A stretch of DNA of 20,000 nucleotides from an uncultured virus (IMG/VR IMGVR_UViG_3300044699_000169) (taxonomy: Duplodnaviria > Heunggongvirae > Uroviricota > Caudoviricetes). The position numbers and the translations under genes were made by a program. The notes under the pieces were generated by a model. The model made no database searches. It had not been told where the DNA came from and saw only the letters and a program-made list of their open reading frames with translations. The stretch is taken from the IMG/VR virus record IMGVR_UViG_3300044699_000169. One strand, given 5' to 3'. The first letter of the stretch is position 1. Each line of letters begins with the position of its first letter. Positions 14,585-20,000 of the stretch are shown piece by piece.

Positions 14585-14658
14585 TGGACCGCCTGACCGG
14601 AGTCGCACCGGCATCATCTGGGTGGAAACCAGACGCTCTGCTGTTGAGCTACAGGCGG
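14585..14658 (-). tRNA. tRNA-Gly(TCC)
   Basis: Loop TT-TCC-AC, U73. Confidence 0.9.
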
Positions 14659-14677
14659 ACGAAAGGCGCGTCACCGC

Positions 14678-14706
14678 TTGAAGATTTCATCCCCCTCGCG
14701 TATACT
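14678..14706 (+). promoter_or_regulatory. Sigma70-like promoter, antisense to the array leader
   Basis: TTGAAG-17 nt-TATACT. Confidence 0.65.
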
Positions 14707-14712
14707 CGCTTC

Positions 14713-14967
14713 CCGAGCGTGTGACGGCCTGGCATTGAGGTCGGGGAGGCCCACCCTTCCCGGATGGGCCTCCCCTTCCGATCTTTGTCGTTCCAGCCCG
14801 ATTTTCAAGTGCGGCGCGCGCCAACGCGCCGCGGCTTCCTGGCTCAGGGGCCCGGCCGGAGCCGATGGCGTCCTGAGTCCCTGGTATCCGCCCACCGACC
14901 TTCCAAGGTCGGTGGGTACAACAAAAAAACCCCCGCGTCCTTTCGGGCGCGGGGGTTTCAGTTTTTT
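14713..14967 (+). ncRNA. Candidate ~250-nt multi-hairpin RNA
   Basis: Follows the promoter; four strong hairpins, then the bidirectional terminator. Confidence 0.5.
14923..14958 (-). terminator. Attenuator terminator upstream of the tRNA array (bidirectional)
   Basis: AAACCCCCGCGCCC-GAAA-GGACGCGGGGG-TTTTTTT. Confidence 0.85.
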
Positions 14968-14977
14968 CGAGCTCTTG

Positions 14978-15139
14978 TTACATCACCATCGCCCCCGCGC
15001 CCGTCTGTTCGATGGTTCGATTCCCGGCGGGCTTGCTGCACGTCGCCGGGGAATACGAACCCACGAACAGAGACCAAGCCTGCCGATGGAGGATCTCCAT
15101 CGTTGGCCTTTGGTCTCGGACGCAGGGTAGTGATCTCAC
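14978..15139 (-). CDS. Putative attenuator leader peptide (53 aa, all 20 amino acids)
   Basis: AAGGAG 11 nt before GTG; MRSLPCVRDQRPTMEILHRQAWSLFVGSYSPATCSKPAGNRTIEQTGAGAMVM*; 39 distinct codons; overlaps antiterminator 14992-15002. Confidence 0.75.
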   Translation of the reverse strand: MRSLPCVRDQRPTMEILHRQAWSLFVGSYSPATCSKPAGNRTIEQTGAGAMVM

Positions 15140-15180
15140 GGAAGGTCCGTCTCCTTGTTCGGTGGTCCTGTTACATGAAC

Positions 15181-15209
15181 AACGTAGCCGCCGAAAGGTT
15201 CGGTGTCAA
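15181..15209 (-). promoter_or_regulatory. Sigma70-like promoter of the tRNA operon
   Basis: TTGACA-17 nt-TACGTT with an upstream T-tract. Confidence 0.8.
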
Positions 15210-15228
15210 GCGGAAAAAAAATCGAATT

Positions 15229-16035
15229 CTAGAAGGCGCCAGGACGACGCACGAGATGGACCTGGCCGAGCATTGCCCGCCCCATCGTGAAAGGGGTCGC
15301 CGTCGTCATCGGCGTCGTCAAAGCCGACGATACGAGACCCGACGAAACACACATGCCGCCGCGGACGAGCCTCGCGGTGCCTGCCGGCAACCGCTAGTTC
15401 TCCAGTCAACGCTGGCGACCGGTGGCGGAGTTTCGATGAGCTCGGCGGCTCAGGCGAGGGACTGGCTCGCCCGTCGGATACGGAATCTCCTCGGGCCACT
15501 CGTTCAATTCGTGCGGCGCAGTGCTGGGGCCTCCAGTCGACGGAAGGAACATCCAGGGGGCTGAGTTGCAATTGCTCTTCGAGCGAAGTCGATGGGATTT
15601 GGAATTTCCTGGAGGCCAGTTCGTAGCCAGACTCCGTTCCGAAATCCACGGGCGCAGTGTTCCATTTCTCTTCAAGAGCGGCGATCTTATCGAGACACCC
15701 GTTGTAGGCGTCCACCGCATCGGTGTAAGTCTGATATTCCGTATCTCCAGATTCTTCTCTGTCGATAGTAATGGCTCTTGTGCGTCCTCCATGTTCGCTG
15801 TAAGGATCTCGCATTCCTGTTCTTTTCCTTGAATTTTCGAGGCGTGGAGCGCCCTGCGCTCCATCTCTCTGGCGACTCCTCGGAAAATGGAGCGTGAAGG
15901 AGGTATCTCTTCGGGACTGGAGCTGGCTCTACCGGTAATGCGATGGTACGCGCCCCACGGATCCGTGAATTCGACTTGACCCAAAGACCGAGATCCGGGA
16001 ACTCTGAGAGGAACCCGACCCAAGAACGGGCGCAT
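15229..16035 (-). CDS. Hypothetical protein with MRPFLGRVPL...SLGQ leader, multiply frameshifted
   Basis: GGAGG SD; coding signal passes between ORFs 15406..16035 and 15206..15814. Confidence 0.5.
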
Positions 16036-16051
16036 AGGCTTTCCTCCGAAC

Positions 16052-16246
16052 CTATCGGGAACGCCGCCCGCCGCCGAGCGTCGTCGTTGTGGGACGGCAA
16101 AGGCCGCGAGGGCCCACCTTCATTCCGGGAGGACATTTCGGGGGCCCAGCGTAAGCCGGCGGGAGGCCGCCGCCCCAGGAAGACGGGCCCAAATTGAGCG
16201 GAACCTGACCGATGGACTTTGCTGGGGTGGGCTTGGAGTTCGTCAT
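16052..16246 (-). CDS. Small Pro/Gly-rich protein (64 aa)
   Basis: AAGGAG SD before ATG 16246; TAGAGT -10 upstream. Confidence 0.6.
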   Translation of the reverse strand: MTNSKPTPAKSIGQVPLNLGPSSWGGGLPPAYAGPPKCPPGMKVGPRGLCRPTTTTLGGGRRSR

Positions 16247-16312
16247 ATCCCGAAATCTCCTTACGATCTGCACTCTACCACGGAGCCGTCAAAATGGCCA
16301 AGGCATTCGAGA

Positions 16313-17445
16313 TCAGAGGGGTCCACCGCTTCTCTTGAATGCCCCAAACGGCATCGTCCAGGCGGCGCCGGCCTGGGCGTATCCGTGTGGGAGTTCGTCG
16401 CTCATCGCCATTCGGATCATGTCAGGATCGTCAGGGACGTAGCTACGGCCCTTTGACGCGATGCGCTCGATGTCACCTCCCTGCTGGATCGTGCGACCGA
16501 ACTGGCGCTCATAGTTCAAGATCCGCCAGAACATCCGAGGGTTCACTGCGTTCGCACTCGCCCACTGGTCTGGATTCCCGAAGATGCAGAACATGCACGA
16601 GACGCGGCCCCATCCCAGGTAGTAGGCCGGATGAGGTCGGATCCCCCAACGTTGGATGATTTCCCAGACGCGCTCTTCGGGCCAGTCGATGATCGCGCGC
16701 CACTGATCGACCCGACGAGACTGCGTGGTCGACTTGTGCTTCTCGACCTCGGCATAGCGGGCTGCGTGTTGTTCGATTCCTGGCGGCGCTCTCCGTGAGT
16801 CTCATAGATATCTTCCCGCTCTTGAAGCGCGGATTCATTATTGATCGCAGAATTTGCAACGTCGATCTTGAGGATTGCCGAGCACCACCGGGTCCGGAGG
16901 TCCGCCACCGCAGCAGAGAAACATGAGGCGCGTGTTTGGGCTCCCCCGGTCCCGCCGGCCTGTCCGATCGAGGCCGTCTGGGAGCTGGAACCCGATCTTC
17001 GCCGTCGGTGCATCCTGTTTGTTGATCTCCCCGCTCGAATCCGCCTTCCCGCCACTGGAACTTGATCGGAAGCCCAAGGCCCGGGCGACGTCCTTGCAGT
17101 AGCTCTCCGTACAAGGCCAGTCAAAGAAGCGCGGGTCGATGCCGGACGCCCATCGACGGCCTGAGTGCCAGAGCTCGATCTGTCCTCTCCCTCTCGGGAT
17201 CCCCCCGCAGCTCTAGGGCGTGAAGCACGCAGGCTGAGAGAGTCCTTCCCCCCAGAAAAGGGACACGATGACGTGGTCATAACCGTCAAGGGGAAGGAAG
17301 CTCCGGACGTGTCTCGCCGGATTCTCGGTCGGAAGAGGCATCTTAGAATCCGTTCAGATCCCTGAAGTCTTGATAGGATCCCCACGTCCTGGCGTCGCAG
17401 AATTTCCCGAATCAGATCCTCCAGATCGTTGGGCGTCTCGATGGA
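16313..17445 (-). CDS. PAPS reductase-like (adenine nucleotide alpha-hydrolase) protein, frameshifted; start approximate
   Basis: FSGGKDS PP-loop, RWCSAILK, GERRQES, HPAYYLGWGRVSCMFCIF motifs spread across frames. Confidence 0.8.
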
Positions 17446-17448
17446 TTT

Positions 17449-17603
17449 CTATCTCAGTTTCTCTACGCGTCGCCAGCCATCTCAATCGGAAAGGCTGCAA
17501 CGCCGTGCCATTCGTTCCCGGGTCCGATCCGAACGTGAATGTCAATGTCGGAGGATCCGTCTTCCACGAGCCTCAGAGTTGCCGGCCCGACGCGCCTGAA
17601 CAT
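17449..17603 (-). CDS. Small hypothetical protein (MFRRVGPATLRLVEDG...)
   Basis: AGGA SD; protein-like reading; end uncertain. Confidence 0.45.
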
Positions 17604-17615
17604 GTCCTACAGCGA

Positions 17616-17853
17616 CTATTCGTCGCCTCTCTCCACGTCAATCCAGTACTTGGCCTTGTTGATCCATTGGCGGGCCCGGTCGAGGATGACCGGATCCGGC
17701 TTCCGGTCGGAGGGGATCCTCGCCAGCATCTCCTGGGACGTCGCTCAGAATCGACATGGCCCACAGGCCTGGATTTTCGAACTTGGGCTTCTCGGAAATG
17801 ACCTGGTCGAGGGTCATTCCGAACATCTGGCGCTGCCGATCTTCGTCTGCCAC
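17616..17853 (-). CDS. Hypothetical phage protein (...AMSILSDVQE...ARQWINKAKY), one indel
   Basis: Two frames join after ILSDV. Confidence 0.6.
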
Positions 17854-17862
17854 GATGAACCT

Positions 17863-18246
17863 CTACTTGACCTTCCCAAAGAAGCACTGGTTCTTTGACG
17901 CGTTTCTCGGCTTCGCTGATGACCCCCAGGACGCGCGAAAACCCTGGTGGAGGAGACGCGTCCGATTTTTCCTCTGGCCCTCGTCTCCATTGCTTTCCTT
18001 ATCGCCAGCCTGGGCTCCTCGATGGCTCGAACGATCCGGCGCGACGTGCTTGGCGAAATCAGCTCGCTCTTTCCCCTGCTTCTCGAGATCGAGCTTCGCG
18101 ATGAAGAGGTAGTGATCCGCGGCCGACAAATCGCCTTTGTGGAGACTCCCCGTCGCCGCACGCACCCGCTCATAGGCGGTGGCAAGGGCCGCACCCCTTG
18201 AAAAGCACAGCGCGGTAGGTTTCTTGAGGCGTCTGGGTTTCGCCAC
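17863..18246 (-). CDS. Hypothetical protein, probably with internal indels
   Basis: ORF track; abuts both neighbours. Confidence 0.5.
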   Translation of the reverse strand: MAKPRRLKKPTALCFSRGAALATAYERVRAATGSLHKGDLSAADHYLFIAKLDLEKQGKERADFAKHVAPDRSSHRGAQAGDKESNGDEGQRKNRTRLLHQGFRASWGSSAKPRNASKNQCFFGKVK

Positions 18247-18249
18247 GAT

Positions 18250-18426
18250 CTACTTCTTGGGCTTGATACCCATCTTGTTGAGCTTGCCGATCGCGCAGGC
18301 CTTGAGCTTCTTCTTGGCCTGCTCCGCGCCCTTGACGCCCTTCTTCATCATCCTGGGTTGAGGACCGAGCTCCTTGACGCAGGAGCTGTACGCCGTCAGA
18401 TGGGGGTTCACCGCCTTTTTGGCCAT
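18250..18426 (-). CDS. Small Lys-rich basic protein (58 aa, MAKKAVNPH...GIKPKK)
   Basis: AAAGGAG SD; TAGAAT upstream; read by hand. Confidence 0.7.
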   Translation of the reverse strand: MAKKAVNPHLTAYSSCVKELGPQPRMMKKGVKGAEQAKKKLKACAIGKLNKMGIKPKK

Positions 18427-18465
18427 CGAGATCTCCTTTCGAACGGGACTATTCTATCCCCATTT

Positions 18466-19842
18466 TCATGGGAGCACAATGATGTCCGAGAGTTCCTTCT
18501 CCCAGGCAATCTGCTCAAGACGAAGCGGGTGCTCGTGGAACTCGCTCGGATCGTGGTCCCACATAAAGATCTCCGGCTTGGGATCGGATGGGCCGGAAAG
18601 CTCCGGAACGATCGGCTCCTCGGCCTCATCCTCTTCAGCCTCAGCCGCCTTGCTCCGCATGAACGACCCAGTCCCCGCGCACGGCTTTCTCCCAGTTCGC
18701 CTGGAACCTGGGACGCTCTTTGTTGAACATGGCCCTCGGGCGCCGCGACGAACATCTCCTCGAGCGTGGGATAGACGTCTGGCTTCCGCCGGCGCACGTA
18801 GACGCGGGGGATCTCTCCCTCGTGGCTGATCTTTCCGTAGGTCGAAAGCTTGGCCTCGATCGTCTGGCGATCCCCTTCCTCGGCAATGATGACGCTCCGA
18901 TCGGCATGGGCCTTCTGGGTGTAGATCCGGCGGACCCGGTAGACCGCCCAGGGCCAGCCGTTCAGCATCTGATCGAACATCGAAAGCGCGTCGTAATCCT
19001 CGACCTCCCTGGCGATGCTCATCAGGCTCTTGGTCGAGTAGAGCGTCATGCGCGGATTGAGCGCCATCGAGACGAACTCGATGAAGAGGCTGAAGGCTGC
19101 GCGATCCGGAAACTGCTGAAAGCGGACGAGCACGGGCTCCTTCCCGGCCGCGAAGGGGCAATAGGCGCAGGCGCTCTTGGGCCAGTTTTCCCCCGGTGAC
19201 GCTGCGGATGTAGTCCTCGCAAACTTGACGGCTCCATCCCCAGTCGTGCATGAGCGGATAGATCGACGTTTTCTGGCCGACCGGCCATTTGATGGCCGAG
19301 TAGCTCTGGTCCCGGACAACGCGCCGGGCCTCCTCGGCGTTGAAGCCGATCGCCTGAACGAATGGCTGCCCGTGGACCTCACGCTCGATCCAGGCGTCCA
19401 AAGGCCAACCCTTCGACTTGATCGAGCAGAGCCTTCTCGATCCGGCGACCTGGGGAACGGTGCCGGCGGCGAGGAGCTCGTCGGAGAGCTTGTAGGCTCC
19501 CTCAAGCATGAGGGTATTCGGAGATCTTGAATCGTCGAGGACCGTCATAGGTTCGGTCTTCGACTTCCGGGCGACCTGAACGAATCGGATTCCGTGTCTC
19601 CGAAGCCTGGGAAAGATGTGCGTCTCGATCAGACGCTTCAGGTCCGGAAACTCGTCCCCGGTCATGGCCGTCACGACCGTCAGATCCTTGAGGTCGAACG
19701 ATCCGTTCCCCTGGTAGGTGAAGCTTGGTGGATCCATTCCCTCGGCGACGCTGTAGACGCGAAACGACCTCGAGGCTGGGTTTTCAAGCCAATGAAGCAG
19801 AATGGCCGTGCTGTCCACGCCCATTCCGTAAGAGAGAATCAT
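18466..19842 (-). CDS. PP-loop PAPS reductase/QueC-like protein with acidic tail, ~2 frameshifts
   Basis: SYGMGVDS PP-loop, CSIKSKG, IGFNAEE..R, YPL..WGWSR..C, KSACAYCPF motifs. Confidence 0.75.
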   Translation of the reverse strand: MILSYGMGVDSTAILLHWLENPASRSFRVYSVAEGMDPPSFTYQGNGSFDLKDLTVVTAMTGDEFPDLKRLIETHIFPRLRRHGIRFVQVARKSKTEPMTVLDDSRSPNTLMLEGAYKLSDELLAAGTVPQVAGSRRLCSIKSKGWPLDAWIEREVHGQPFVQAIGFNAEEARRVVRDQSYSAIKWPVGQKTSIYPLMHDWGWSRQVCEDYIRSVTGGKLAQERLRLLPLRGREGARARPLSAVSGSRSLQPLHRVRLDGAQSAHDALLDQEPDEHRQGGRGLRRAFDVRSDAERLALGGLPGPPDLHPEGPCRSERHHCRGRGSPDDRGQAFDLRKDQPRGRDPPRLRAPAEARRLSHARGDVRRGARGPCSTKSVPGSRRTGRKPCAGTGSFMRSKAAEAEEDEAEEPIVPELSGPSDPKPEIFMWDHDPSEFHEHPLRLEQIAWEKELSDIIVLP

Positions 19843-19851
19843 TCCCAGCCT

Positions 19852-20000
19852 CTACAAAATGAATCCCTTGGGCTTCCAGTCGATCGGGAGCCTCTCGCTC
19901 TCGAAAAGCTCGATCGCCTTCGGAATCGTTTCGTTGAGTTCCTTAGCGGCCTGCTCCGGCGTCCAGTTCTCCGGGTTTGGGAGATACTGTGGAGGACCGT
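19852..20000 (-). CDS. 3' end of a hypothetical protein (...DWKPKGFIL*)
   Basis: Open frame from the window edge to TAG at 19852. Confidence 0.55.
   Translation of the reverse strand, partial: GPPQYLPNPENWTPEQAAKELNETIPKAIELFESERLPIDWKPKGFIL

Noticed and set aside
6812..14724. Many ORF-track entries across the tRNA array (e.g. 7237..7746, 12934..13356, the 3' part of 13819..14724)
   Set aside because: Shadow frames over tRNA genes; the thioredoxin extension comes from an indel.
14970..15176. ATGTAACARGA repeated at the transcript start and at the leader stop
   Set aside because: A short match that could be chance; no supportable function.
15229..19300. Programmed frameshifting or mass pseudogenisation
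   Set aside because: Indels are dense, often in homopolymers, and similar ones hit tRNA ends elsewhere, so sequencing error is more parsimonious.

Overview
GC-rich window, almost all on the minus strand, most consistent with a large (jumbo) phage or other giant mobile element. Its centre is a ~9.5-kb minus-strand operon, with a sigma70-like promoter at ~15.2 kb and an intrinsic terminator at ~5.7 kb. The operon holds 46 tRNA genes for all 20 amino acids, a raiA-motif RNA, small cargo genes (two HNH nucleases, DUF4326, an antisense thioredoxin) and several unexplained structured RNAs, and a tmRNA lies just downstream. The most striking observation is the operon leader: a 53-codon ORF absent from the ORF track encodes all 20 amino acids, with 31 consecutive non-repeating codons. 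Its last codons form a perfect 11-bp antiterminator against the terminator in front of the tRNA array. This looks like an attenuator that switches on the whole tRNA set when any tRNA becomes limiting (inference). Most of the tRNAs and the tmRNA have a recoded elbow (A18/G55). The flanks hold small hypothetical, possibly virion, genes, several sharing an N-terminal '...LGQ' leader, and two PAPS-reductase-like genes. Regions ~8.2-9.8 kb and 15.2-19.3 kb have many single-base indels that are probably sequencing errors.
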